Source: Eledone cirrhosa
Taxonomy: Eukaryota
NCBI GenBank assembly: GCA_964016885.1
Contig: OZ024742.1
Location: forward strand, 283,464,001-283,528,000
DNA: 64,000 nucleotides
Direction of reading: 5' to 3'
Below are positions 13,873 through 31,981 of the stretch, in pieces. The notes under the pieces are model-generated. The model made no database searches. It was not told the DNA's origin and was given only the letters and a program-made list of their open reading frames with translations. A program made the position numbers and the translations under genes. Within the stretch, counting starts at the first letter, position 1. Each line of letters starts with the position of its first letter.

Positions 13873-14075
13873 TTGTTATACTTTGGGAGGGTCATGCTGC
13901 CAATAAAAATACACGCACTTGTTGGTTTTCACTTCAATTTATTATAAATTTCCGGTTGGTTGGTTGGTTCAATAACCGGATGGTTGTTTATATATTATCA
14001 AAGCTCTTTCGTCACATAATGTGACCTCCTCAGTGACTGATGTCTTATTTTGTGTCTCTCCTTTGTTCTGTCAAA
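13873..14075 (-). mobile_element. Solo PLE terminal-repeat fragment with HHR (13996-14038), related to 34794-36803
   Basis: ttgttatactttgggagggtcatg start shared with 34794. Minus strand: gtca CTGAGGA g gtcac..gtgac GAAA gag CTT tgat. Confidence 0.8.
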
Positions 14076-14291
14076 ACATTGTTATTTTTTTCGTAGACAA
14101 AGAAATACAACTGCCTTTACATGTTTCACGACTACTTGACTGTTCATAAGAAGACAAGTACTCTAATTTTCTACTTATGAAAAGAACTGAAAGTAGTTGT
14201 TATTTATGTCAAACACAAACCAGATATCAGAATTATACTAAATTGTCTTAAATGAAAACGTATATGTTTACTTATATTTGTGTACCTGTAG

Positions 14292-14393
14292 CTTGGACAA
14301 ACGCCTCTCCATCTGGCTGCCAAAAATGACCACTCTGAAGTAGTCAAGTTATTTCTCAAACACAAACAAGAACTGGTGTCCATGAACAGTATG
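14292..14393 (+). CDS. nompC: TRPN/NompC exon (ankyrin repeat)
   Basis: ctgtag|CTT...ATG|gtaag. LGQTPLHLAAKNDHSEVVKLFLKHKQELVSMNSM. Confidence 0.93.
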
Positions 14394-15244
14394 GTAAGGT
14401 TTTAAGAATTGCTTGTCCCTCGTATCAAAACTGCTTTATTATATTTTAAGATGTAGCGTGATCGATTAAGACAAATATCAAGAAAATATTCGTTTTATTA
14501 ATAAAAATGATTTTAAAAAATCACAAATAAATCTATTTCGAATAACAACACTACAGATATTTAAAAACGAAAAATGAAGGGAAGGGTCAGCGGGTAACAG
14601 GAGAATGGGAATGGAGGGGTGTGATAGGCTCTAGGCCTATGACGCAGTGGTGTTGGGGTTGCGCCTCGCTGACAAGACCGCAAAAGCATTTCCAAGATTC
14701 AATCCTACTATGTGGCACAGTACTTTTTACAATAGCCTCCATTCAACCCAACTTTGTGAGTGAAATTGTATAAACGGAAACTATAAAGAAGTCCGTTGGC
14801 TGGGTTGTACATTGTAATTCAAAAAATCAGTCTTTCCACATTCTCAGTGCCACACTGACATGTTTAGCGTTGGTAGGTGTGGTCACAACAAGAAGTGTCA
14901 AAAACTAAATTTATCAGCTTGCCAAACTTGGAATTATTTTATTTCGGAAAATGGGGTGCACATTGTAGAACCAGCCTATCGGTTTCGAGTATGGCATAGC
15001 TATCAAAATTTTGTGTGAACAGTGTATGATGAAACTAAAATTAACGAGATTGTCAGACTTAGCCACGGCTGTTTAAATATTGAATTCTGTTTGTGTAAAT
15101 ACAAGAGAATTTGTAAAAAAGTAAATAAAGAAAATTCTTGAATGATTTCTGTTATGTAAACAGAGGAAATTGTATTGTGTAATTTCTGTTGTGTAAATCC
15201 AGCTGTGTAAATACGGAGAATTTTTATTGTATAAATTCTGTTGT

Positions 15245-15668
15245 CATAGCCGGCGCCAGAGTATTTAGCGCCCTAGGTTAACCATACAATGTGCGCCCCA
15301 TTTTCACAAATAAAATAATTTCAATTTACAGTTGGTAAACTGACGAGCCTAATTTTTGGTACTTTTTTGCTCTGATCACAAGAAAATTACTAAGCTTGCA
15401 TTTTCAACTACACAGGTCACAGTCACCCACGTCAAATTTTGTGACAGTTCATAACACCATACGAAACTCTCTACCGTTTGGAATATTTCTACAACACTGC
15501 TACGCAGCAAAGATGATTTATTTATTGATCGTAGTGAATTATTATATATTATATTTAATTATACAAATTCATATAAAACTGTGATCCTTTAAGCCTCAAT
15601 AATGCGCCCCTCTGAGGTCTGCGTCCTAAGTGGCTTCCTAGTTGGCTTTAATGGTAGCGATGGTCTTG
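15245..15668. mobile_element. Possible hAT-type MITE interrupting a degenerate minisatellite (15070-15770)
   Basis: catagccggcgcca ... tggtagcgatggtcttg ends with subterminal gcgccc motifs; aattctgttgtgtaaa repeats on both sides. Confidence 0.45.
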
Positions 15669-16431
15669 AATACATGAGCTATTTTTGTGTAAGCACATGG
15701 AATTTGTGGTGTGTAAATTCAGGGATTTTGTTGTTGTATAAATTCTGTTTAGTTAAATTCTGTATAACTATATAAGTGAAATTTGGTAAACTGAAACTGT
15801 GGAAGCCCGTATGAAAGACGGGTGATAAACTTAATACTTCGTCTGGTTTATCACCACCCACTGGCTTCCAATCCTTCTCTCGTCAAGTCATTGGAGAAAA
15901 TGTCCACCCTATTTCACTCACACACAAGCCTAGGTCGACCTTCGACTATGATAAAACACACCGCCCATAGATTCTATGTAGTAGGATCGAACCCGAGACT
16001 TCACATATTCAAAGCAAACTTCTTAACCATGTAGTCATACCCATAACCATTAATCGTATTGATTCTGCCTCTAGATTACTTTTAGACCTAACGTAATCTA
16101 CGGATAGAATCAACACGACAAAATGTGTGACAAGACTGGGACTTTGAATTACAAGTGCACTCAATCCGACAGGTTTCCGCGTAGTTTCTGTTCACTCAAT
16201 TTCGGTCACAAAAAGATACATGTCCACGATGCCACGTAGTGGGATCGAGCCTGAATCTTCGTGATTGCGAAGCGAACTTCGTAACCACTCAGTCATGCAC
16301 TAAATGCCATAATTTACCAAGGCACTAAGAGTACAGTAATAATAATATATGAGTAAACTAATAAGACAGTCGTAGTTAATAAGAAATACCACTTTTGCTG
16401 ATAGGTGTTAAGTGTTATATATACATACATG

Positions 16432-16470
<39 letters not shown>

Positions 16471-16480
16471 ATGTATTTAT

Positions 16481-17088
16481 GTCAGGTCACCAGTTGGTGC
16501 TACTGGTAACATGTATCCCAGTACAACCTATATCATGGTCGGGTCGTTGGCGACTAAACTGGCAACCCCACCAAGGTTTCTTGGTGAGGAGGGTGACTTT
16601 GGACATCCTGCAGGACTAAAAACAAAACCTGTCAAAGGGCAAAGGAGCTCTTAAGAGTCAATGGCCATCCAAAATGACCGGGAGAGATGACCCCTTAGCC
16701 TTTGTCAAGGCAGAATTCTAGGAGAAGGAAAACTCTGATATAACACCTGCAACCCTGATGGTATCCAATGATGTTGACTTGTTCTTCTTTTTGGTAAATA
16801 TCATCTTGGTTAAGAGAGTGGGACTGGCTTTGTGCAGTGCCTTTGCTCACTATAAAAGCTTCACGGCACAGGCATTGCTTTATATCTGGAGATATCTCTG
16901 CACTTGTCGTCACGTGGTACCATGGGCCTAGCACTATGAGTCAATAAGTGTCACAAGTGTAGTGTTTGTACCAGAGTTTTCAAGTCGCTGGCTGGACTAA
17001 AAAGTCACACTCGTTCATCGCATCGGTAGGGGTTTTCCTACATGGATATAAAGTCGTGGCCGTACTCGAAAACGAGTTGGCAGCCACC
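16481..17088 (+). mobile_element. About 600-bp non-coding dispersed repeat, copy 2
   Basis: Near-identical to 9558-10154; embedded in (TATG)n. Confidence 0.75.
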
Positions 17089-17145
17089 ATGTATGTATGT
17101 ACGTATGTATGTATGTATGTATGTATGTACGTATGTATGTACGCA

Positions 17146-17246
<101 letters not shown>

Positions 17247-17338
17247 ATATAACTCAAGGAAACGAACGAGCAAGAGGTATATATGTGTATATATATATTT
17301 GAAAAGGGAAGTAAGGTTCTATAGACACTCACACACGC

Positions 17339-17374
<36 letters not shown>

Positions 17375-17390
17375 CTTGTCTCCGTGTGTC

Positions 17391-17451
<61 letters not shown>

Positions 17452-17480
17452 TGACACACACATATATATATATATATAAA

Positions 17481-18028
17481 ATATTAAAAAAATAATGAAT
17501 AAAACAATGAAACAGTTCCTTATATTAAACAAAAAAAGTTCATTATTTAACGATCGTTTCTGGGATATATATGTGTTAGAATTGGCATGTATATTTAACA
17601 GATCTATGTACAAAATTATACAAAATTATACAAACTATCAAAATTAAATATACATACCAACTCATATATATGCCGTCTTCAGAAATAAATTATTTCTGAA
17701 GACGGCATATATATGAGTTGGTATGTATATTTAATTTTGATAGTTTGTATAATTTTGTATAATTTTGTACATAGATCTGTTAAATATACATGCCAATTCT
17801 AACACATATATATCCCAGAAACGATCGTTAAATAATGAACTTTTTTTGTTTAATATAAGGAACTGTTTCATTGTTTTATTCATTATTTTTTTAATATCTT
17901 GACTCTGTATTCCGTTTATCTTTCACCGAAAGTGATTTTTCATTGCATCTCTTCTTTCCATGATATCCGGATTACATTGAGTTCTTCATACGGATTGGAC
18001 ACTACCGTAAACTCTTGGTAGATTTATC

Positions 18029-18031
<3 letters not shown>
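17481..18031 (+). mobile_element. Palindromic PLE terminal-repeat insertion (IR 17481-17897, unique tail to 18031) in (TA)n
   Basis: Near-perfect 417-bp palindrome centred near 17689; homologous to 2386-2572. Confidence 0.85.
17689..17836 (+). ncRNA. Type I hammerhead ribozyme with 115-nt stem II (mirror copy on minus strand)
   Basis: attattt CTGAAGA [long hairpin] GAAA C GATC GT T aaataat. Stem III ACGAUCGU is palindromic; GUU cleavage triplet. Confidence 0.75.
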
Positions 18032-18069
<38 letters not shown>

Positions 18070-18070
18070 G

Positions 18071-18117
<47 letters not shown>

Positions 18118-18207
18118 TTGTCCCCAAAAAATGTATACACACTTTGATTACCTGTACAGGCAATATTTATCAGAATGTTGTTGAAGTGTGTATACAGGGA
18201 CACTCTG

Positions 18208-18310
<103 letters not shown>

Positions 18311-18321
18311 TGGAGGAGAAA

Positions 18322-18352
<31 letters not shown>

Positions 18353-18527
18353 GTATGCATAAACTAATAAAAGAAAATATATTCCTGAAATTAATATTCC
18401 CCTATTCTTTCTTCTTATTCTCTCATGCATTCTGTCTTCTTTTTTTTCACAACCATTGCTTCCGCAGGATATCGTGAGTAACAATTTCCTTTCGTCGCTC
18501 CTATCAAACCCGTGTGATGCAATTATG

Positions 18528-18607
<80 letters not shown>

Positions 18608-18810
18608 CGTGTGTGTGTGTGTGTCTGTGTGTGTATGTGTGTGTGTGTGTCTGTTTGTGTGTGTGTGTCTGTGTATGTTTGTGTGTGTCTGTGTGTGTGT
18701 GTGTGTGTGTGTCTGTCTGTCTGTCTGTGTGTGTGTGTTTGTGTGCCTGTGTCTCTGTGTGTCTGTGTGTGTATATGTGCGCGTGTGCGTGTGTGTGTGT
18801 GTGTATGTGT

Positions 18811-18906
<96 letters not shown>

Positions 18907-19244
18907 CTATGTTTGTATATGTGTATATGTTTTGATGTTTTGGAAAAGCCATATTTGCCAATAATTAAACATATGTGCTGATTTTTGTTTTCCTTCCAGA
19001 ATTTCATGTGTATTTCTACTACATATTCTCCTGTGCTTCTGTCTTCCTGAAGTGTGTGCTGTATTGTGTATTCTTATTTTTTGTTCTGGGGTAAAGACTT
19101 CTCCTATTAGTGTACTACATCCGCCTAGTTTTGTTGTGAGGTTTAATTTGTTTTTCTGGTGTTATTTTCGTGTTTGTTCTGTTGTGTCTGAAATATGTAG
19201 TGCAAGTTGTGTTATTTTATTAGATGGGGGTAAATATATTCATT

Positions 19245-19760
19245 ATTAGGTTGACTTTGCCTTTCATCCTTACGGGGTCGATAAAATAAAGTACCAGTAA
19301 TGCACTGGGTAATGGCTGGCCTTGTGCCTAAAGTAGAAACAATTATTATTATGTGGATTGGCAGTATCGGTAGAGGGTCGAATACCATGCTTTGCAGCAT
19401 AGAGTTACTGCCCTTTATGATCTGAGTTCAAATCCCGCCGTGGTTAACTTTCCCTTTCATCCTAACGGGGTCGATATAATAAAGTACCAGTCACGCACTG
19501 GGTCGATTTAATCGACTTTCCCCTCTCAACCAAAAAAAAAAAAAAATTGTTGGCCTTCTGCCTACATCAGAAACCATTATGACATTTTCATTGATGTAAA
19601 GGTGGCAAATTGGCAGCCATTAGAACAGTGGATACAATTCTTTGATGTATTTGTTCCGGCTCTCTTGCACTATGAGTTCAAATCCCACCGATATCCATTT
19701 TGCCATTCACCTTTTCGAACTCAATAAATAAAGTACTATTCCAGCACTGAATTCGATTCC
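19245..19760 (+). mobile_element. SINE family 1 cluster
   Basis: TGGCAGTATCGGTAGAG ... GAGTTCAAATCCCGCCG ... tcatcc..cggggtcgata. Confidence 0.8.
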
Positions 19761-19929
19761 TCCTCATTTCCTTTCTTTCTCTGGAAGTAACCAGCCCCTA
19801 CTATTCCATCAGGCTTTAAGGGACCGTGACGTGGATGAATGTGTTAATATGTCTTTATTGTCATTGGTAAACCTCTCTTTTACTCAATGTAAATACCCCA
19901 CTGTGTTGTGTTCATTGTTAACTTATATA

Positions 19930-20458
19930 TTTCGCTACTATATGTAACACAACACTAGTGCATGTAACACTACTGCGTGTTACACCGAGTTACAAAAACG
20001 CTACAGCAAGTTAGATATTTACATAGTGACACTACTATATAACACTACTTACTATGTGTTATACAGTGACACTACTATATATAACATGTGACACTACTAA
20101 ATGTAACACAGTAACACTACTATATGTAACACAGTGACACTACTATATGTAACACAGTAATACTACTATATGTAACACAGTGACACTACTATATGTAACA
20201 CAGTAATACTACTATATGTAACACAGTAATACTATTATATGTAACAGAATAACACTACTATATGTAACACAGTGACACTAGTATATGTAACACAGTGACA
20301 CTACTATATGTAATACAGTGACACTACTATATGTAACATGTGACACTACTATATGTAACACAGTGGCACTACTATATGTAACATAATTGCACTACTATAT
20401 GTAACATAATTGCACTACTATATGTAACAGAATAACACTAGTATATGTAACAGTGACG
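19930..20458. repeat. 23-bp minisatellite
   Basis: Repeats of acactactatatgtaacacagtg. Confidence 0.9.
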
Positions 20459-20570
20459 CTGTTAGACGTTTGATCATGACTGTAGCTGCGTCTTACACTG
20501 TGTCAAGCACACACATGCACACAGACACACGCGCACACACACACACACACACGCGCGCACACGCGCACGC

Positions 20571-20624
<54 letters not shown>

Positions 20625-20664
20625 ATGTATTTAATTTCTTTCGTTTCTTGTTGCCCCATTACAG

Positions 20665-20769
20665 AATGGTATGACCTGTGCCCACATTGCTGCCGAAAGG
20701 GGTAGCGTGGCTGTGATAAAAGAACTGATGAGATTCAGCCGAGCTACAGTGACTTCCGTCAGGAACCGC
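20665..20769 (+). CDS. nompC: TRPN/NompC exon (ankyrin repeat)
   Basis: ttacag|AAT...CGC|gtgag. [35 protein letters not shown]. Confidence 0.93.
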
Positions 20770-22220
20770 GTGAGTATATATCTATGTACTATAGTATACA
20801 GGGGGAGCATTAAGTCTTTCCCTGGTTATAAAATGCCATATCTCGGGATTTTACTTTAACATTGATTTAATTTATAAATTTCAAGTTTAAAGTTTTTCTG
20901 AACATTTTTTACATTTTCTCTTCTACAGGAAGTAGTTATAATTTTCAGTAACAAAATGGCATCTATGAAATAAAAAGCTCAGTGTGGAAAGACTATGCTC
21001 ACCTGGTATTATTAAGGCCCGCGGTCTAGTGGTTAGAGTGTTGGTCTTATGATCGCAATGTCGTGAGTTCGAATTTTAGACTGGGTGGCGTGTTTTGTTC
21101 TTGAGCAAAACACTACATTTCACGTTGCTGCTTTCAATGCAGCAGCGTGAAATCTTGTACTCTTAATCTATTGGTATCAATGAAGCCAGGATAAATTCCA
21201 TCCTAATGAGCTTCCAGGCTTTAGACAGACTATACTTTAACCCTTACCTTATAGTATACCATAGGATAAACCAATAGGTCTAAGTCACTGCTGCATGTGT
21301 AAATCAATTAAAATAATTAGATACACTGAACTGTCGTTAGAGCGTAGCACAAAATTACTTGCTGTTTCTTCCGATTCTCTGAGCTCTGAGTTCAAATCCC
21401 GCCGAAGTCAATGGTGTATTTCATCTTTTCGGATGGCAAAGGCGTTGTATTTACGATCATAATGTCGTGGGTTAGTTTCCTTGGCTGGGTTATGTGTTGT
21501 GTTCTTGAGCAAAACACTTCATTTCACATTGCTCCAGTATACTCAGCAATAGCTGGGGGCTGAACCCTGAGATGGACTGACGTCCTGTCCAGGGAGGAGT
21601 CTTGTACTCTCAGTCGCTTCACGCCATGAAACCGGGCTAAGCACCGACCTAACGAGCCTTCTTGCTTAGATTAGACCAATCTGGGTATGGGCAATCGAAC
21701 GAGATGTTTTGCGGTATTTGTTGCTGCCCTTAGCGTTTGGGATTCAAATACCACGGTTGTCAACTTGGGTTAACATCACCACTTGGCTCGCAGATGCCTT
21801 CAGAGGAGTCCGCTCTCTTGCAAACGTTAAGTTCAGGTTTCCAGTTTGAGGATACCTTTCTTGCTTCCTCCCTCCCTCCCTCCCTCCTTCAATCCTCCCA
21901 GTCTCGGAGGGGTTGAAGGGTGTCATGGGCAATGTCTTTTTGTCGGGGGAACACGGGTTTATAGACGATTGAAACTACCGCCCAGAATTAGAGCCCTTGC
22001 CATTCACTTCCTTTTCCGTTTTTTTTTTTATTTATATTTTCTTATTTTACGTTCCAGCCATTCTTCTCAATCTAAAATTATTTTTTCTTTTTCTATTAAA
22101 TTATATTTCCATGATGTATATTTTACATGGCATAAAAGACGGCGACTATATTACCCATATTTCATTTATTGATCCAACAAACATAAAGATCGACTGAATG
22201 GATATTAATATTCTTTGCAG

Positions 22221-22322
22221 AAAACAGGAAACACGGCTCTACACCTGGCTGCCGCTGGTGGTCATAAGAATGTATTACTTACCATATTAGAGGCTGGTGC
22301 TCTTGCCACTGATGAGAACCAT
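22221..22322 (+). CDS. nompC: TRPN/NompC exon (ankyrin repeat)
   Basis: ttgcag|AAA...CAT|gtaag. KTGNTALHLAAAGGHKNVLLTILEAGALATDENH. Confidence 0.92.
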
Positions 22323-22751
22323 GTAAGACTGTTTTATTGATATTACTGATTTAAATCTATGTCTGAATATTATGTAGGCGATGGATTGACAGAGTCGTTA
22401 GAACGTCGGATCGAATGCTTTATGGTATCCGTTCCGACTCTCTGCTCTCTAAGTTCAAATCCCACCGAGGTCAACTTTGGCTTTCGGGGGTCGATAAAAA
22501 AAAGTACGAGCCTAGTACAGGGATCGATTCTTCCTCTATATCTCTTTCTCATTTCCTCTCTCACATTTTCTATCTTTCTCTGGAAGAAATCTGCTGTATT
22601 CAGGCCTAGAGAGATATGGGCTCCGCCAGGCTTAAAATGCCCAAGAAACGCCGTATGTCAATACGCCGCCCCTACGACTCTATCGGGAGTTACGGGGTCA
22701 TACATACATACATACATAATACATACATGAATATATATATATATATATATT

Positions 22752-26916
<4,165 letters not shown>

Positions 26917-26917
26917 A

Positions 26918-27175
26918 AGGCGCATGGCTTAGTGGTTAGAGCAGTAGGCTTGCAATTGTGAGTTCAATTCTCGGACCGGGTGATCTGTTGTTTCCTTGAG
27001 CAAGACACTTTATTTCACGTTGCTCCAGTTTACTCAGCTGAAAATGAGTACCAGCAATAGCTAGAGGTTTAACCCTGCGATGGACTGGCGTCCTGTCCAG
27101 GGGGGGGGAGTCTTCTACTCTCAGTCGCTTTACGCCATGAAACCGGCCAAATGAGCCTTCTGGCTTAAGACAGAT
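26918..27175 (+). mobile_element. tRNA-derived SINE family 2; further copies at about 5750-5900, 21015-21130 and 21460-21670
   Basis: TGGCTTAGTGGTTAGAGC A-box, GAGTTCAATTC B-box, ccttgagcaagacactt...ttgctccagtttactcagctg body. Confidence 0.75.
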
Positions 27176-27483
27176 TTTAGACTTTTTAGATAATATAAAT
27201 AAAGTTTCATACACTATTTAACATGTGTGCGTTACCTTGGGTATCGGAGTCCAGTTATGGCCACCACTATATAATAGAGGAGCCACTTCAATACTGGCCT
27301 CTCATCGTGCGCTAGGCCCCGAAACCTAAGGTCGAGCATATATGTTAAGTGTATGAAACTTTACTTATACTAAATAAGGTCTCTTGCAATAGATTGAACA
27401 TTGTTTTCCTTGACCTTTTATCAACGGATATCTTGCATATATATATATATATATATATAAATGTGTGTGTGTGTGTGTGTGTG

Positions 27484-27517
<34 letters not shown>

Positions 27518-27537
27518 CAGCCATATATATATATATA

Positions 27538-27639
27538 CAGGGTGTTCCAAAAAATGTATACACACTTTCATTACCTGTACAGGCAATATTTATTAGAATG
27601 ATGTTGAAGTGTGTATACATTTTTTGTGGGGGACACCCT

Positions 27640-27640
<1 letters not shown>
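27538..27640. mobile_element. Tc1/mariner-like MITE; related copies at about 18115-18208 and 44987-45297
   Basis: ta|cagggtgttccaaaaaatgtatacacact ... agtgtgtatacattttttgtgggggacaccctg|ta. Confidence 0.75.
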
Positions 27641-27715
<75 letters not shown>

Positions 27716-27852
27716 GTATATATATATGTATATATGTATATATATATGTATATATGTATATATATATGTATATATATATGTATATATGTATATGTATATA
27801 TATATGTATATATGTATATGTATATATATATATATGTATATATATATATGTA

Positions 27853-29021
27853 TAATATGTTGAGAAGGTAACACACCAGAGAGAGATATATAGCGCGTTA
27901 TCAATAATACAGGGAAAAAAACCACCAGTGTATGGAATCTATAACCTATGAAAGGCAGACTATAGACACGATAATTAAAAATATAAATTAAAGCGTAAAT
28001 AAATACCTTTATAACTATATAACACACGTACAAATCCAAAGATATGTTTCACCAGAAAATGTGTTGAAAGAAATGGTAGTCTCGGTTCATCAGCGTGTGT
28101 AAGGCTATACATTTCAGACAACACTAAGAGAATTTTACAATTGACTGTCCAGCTACACGTGGGAGAGAGAAGTCACAGCGTGTTTAAGGGCAGTGAACCA
28201 GTGGCCTCTGAGAGACGAACTGCTAGAAAGGGCAGCCCAAAGCCACTCAGAGAAGAGTGCTCAACCAAACAGAGATAGGAAAGACTGTTGTTAGGAGAGG
28301 TTATAGATTCCATACACTGGTGGTTTTTTTCCCTGTATTATTGATAACGCGCTACATATCTCTCTCTGGTGTGTTACCTTCTCAACATATTATACTTTAA
28401 AGGGCTCAGGATCTCTTCCCCTTTGAGCACATTATTTACAGGGAATAACGACGGCCTATGCCTCCGTTAATTTATCGTGATATTTCGCTCCTAACAACAG
28501 TCTTTCCTATCTCTGTTTGGTTGAGCACTCTTCTCTGAGAGGCTTTGGGCTGCCCTTTCTAGCAGTTCGTCTCTCAGAGGCCACTGGTTCACTGCCCTTA
28601 AACACGCTGTGACTTCTCTCTCCCACGTGTAGCTGGACAGTCAATTGTAAAATTCTCTTAGTGTTGTCTGAAATGTATAGCCTTACACACGCTGATGAAC
28701 CGAGACTACCATTTCTTTCAACACATTTTCTGGTGAAACATATCTTTGGATTTGTACGTGTGTTATATAGTTATAAAGGTATTTATTTACGCTTTAATTT
28801 ATATTTTTAATTATCGTGTCTATAGTCTGCCTTTCATAGGTTATAGATTCCATACACTGGTGGTTTTTTTCCCTGTATTATTGATAACGCGCTATATATC
28901 TCTCTCTGGTGTGTTACCTTCTCAACATATTATACTTTAAAGGGCTCAGGATCTCTTTCCCTTTGAGCACATTATTTACAGGGAATAACGACGGCCTATG
29001 CCTCCGTTAATTTATCGTGAT
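27853..29021 (+). mobile_element. Non-coding HHR element: 5' inversion plus about 1.35 tandem copies of a 540-bp monomer (retrozyme-like)
   Basis: 27853-28296 is the reverse complement of about 28488-28934; 28298-28483 recurs at 28838-29021; no credible ORF; (TA)n flanks. Confidence 0.85.
28685..28763 (+). ncRNA. Type I hammerhead ribozyme with full stem III (inverted copy at 28022-28100)
   Basis: acacacg CTGATGA acc..ggt GAAA catatc tttg gattt GTA cgtgtgt. Confidence 0.85.
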
Positions 29022-29118
29022 ATATATGTATATATATATATGTATATATATATATGTATATATATGTATATATATATATGTATATATATATATGTATATA
29101 TATATATGTATATATATG

Positions 29119-29205
<87 letters not shown>

Positions 29206-29506
29206 GTATATATATATGTATATATATATATGTATATATATATATGTATATATATATGTATATATATATGTATATATATATATGTATATATATATATGTA
29301 TATATATATGTATATATATATATGTATATATATATATGTATATATATATATGTATATGTATATATGTATATATATATATGTATATATGTATATATATATA
29401 TATATGTATATATGTATATATATATATGTATATATATATATGTATATATATATATGTATATATATATATGTATATATATATATGTATATATGTATATATA
29501 TGTATG

Positions 29507-29559
<53 letters not shown>

Positions 29560-29656
29560 GTATATATATATATGTATATATATATGTATATATATATATA
29601 TATGTATATATATATGTATATATATATATGTATATATATATATATGTATATATATA

Positions 29657-30618
29657 TGTAAGTATGCATGTATACGTACATACATATATGTATTTAACTC
29701 ACTCAATATGCAAATTAGGCTGCTCAGCCGTTAATTTTCATAAGGAAAGTATATACTTTCGAACGTTCAACTATCTGGCAGATGGGTAAACGGTGCTGAT
29801 GATAGCTAACAAGCTTGAAACTAGTACATCGTTCCTGTGTCAGTGTTGAACAAAAAGGTGACGTGGTTGCCTTAACACCGTATGGCATAAATTCAGGCTG
29901 TTCAGTTTGTTTACAAACGAACAAAGCGACGTTATAATAAGAGCCGCTAAACTGATACGTGCATATATGTATGTGTACCTGTATGCATATGTATGTATAT
30001 ATGTATATATATATATATATATGTGCATGCTACTGTACGTCTGTATACATATATGTATGTACGTATACATGCATACTTACATTTAAGTAAGTGCCATACT
30101 AAGAGTGAGAAATGAAATTTCGTTTTCATTTTGTTTCAATTTATCGTTTTCGGTATGCCTGACCGATTTAACTCACTCAATATGCAAATTAGGCTGCTCA
30201 GCTGTTAATTTTCATAAGGAAAGTATATACTTTCGAACGTTCAACTATCTGGCAGATGGGTAAACGGTACTGATGATAGCTAACAAGCTTGAAACTAGTA
30301 CATCGTTCCTGTGTCAGTGTTGAACAAAAAGGTGACGTGGTTGCCTTAACACCGTATGGCATAAATTCAGGCTGTTCAGTTTGTTTACAAACGAACAAAG
30401 CGACGTTATAATAAGCGCTGCTAAACTGATACGTGCATATATGTATGTGTACCTGTATGCATATGTATGTATATATGTATATATATATATATATATATGT
30501 GCATGCTACTGTACGTCTGTATACATATATGTATGTACGTATACATGCATACTTACATTTAAGTAAGTGCCATACTAAGAGTGAGAAATGAAATTTCGTT
30601 TTCATTTTGTTTCAATTT
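29657..30618 (+). mobile_element. Two-copy insertion of the 474-bp HHR repeat with a short 5' inversion; HHRs at 29789-29833 and 30263-30307
   Basis: Reverse complement of the 53562-57478 unit with 474-bp period; 29657-29690 is antisense to about 30521-30557. Confidence 0.9.
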
Positions 30619-31981
<1,363 letters not shown>

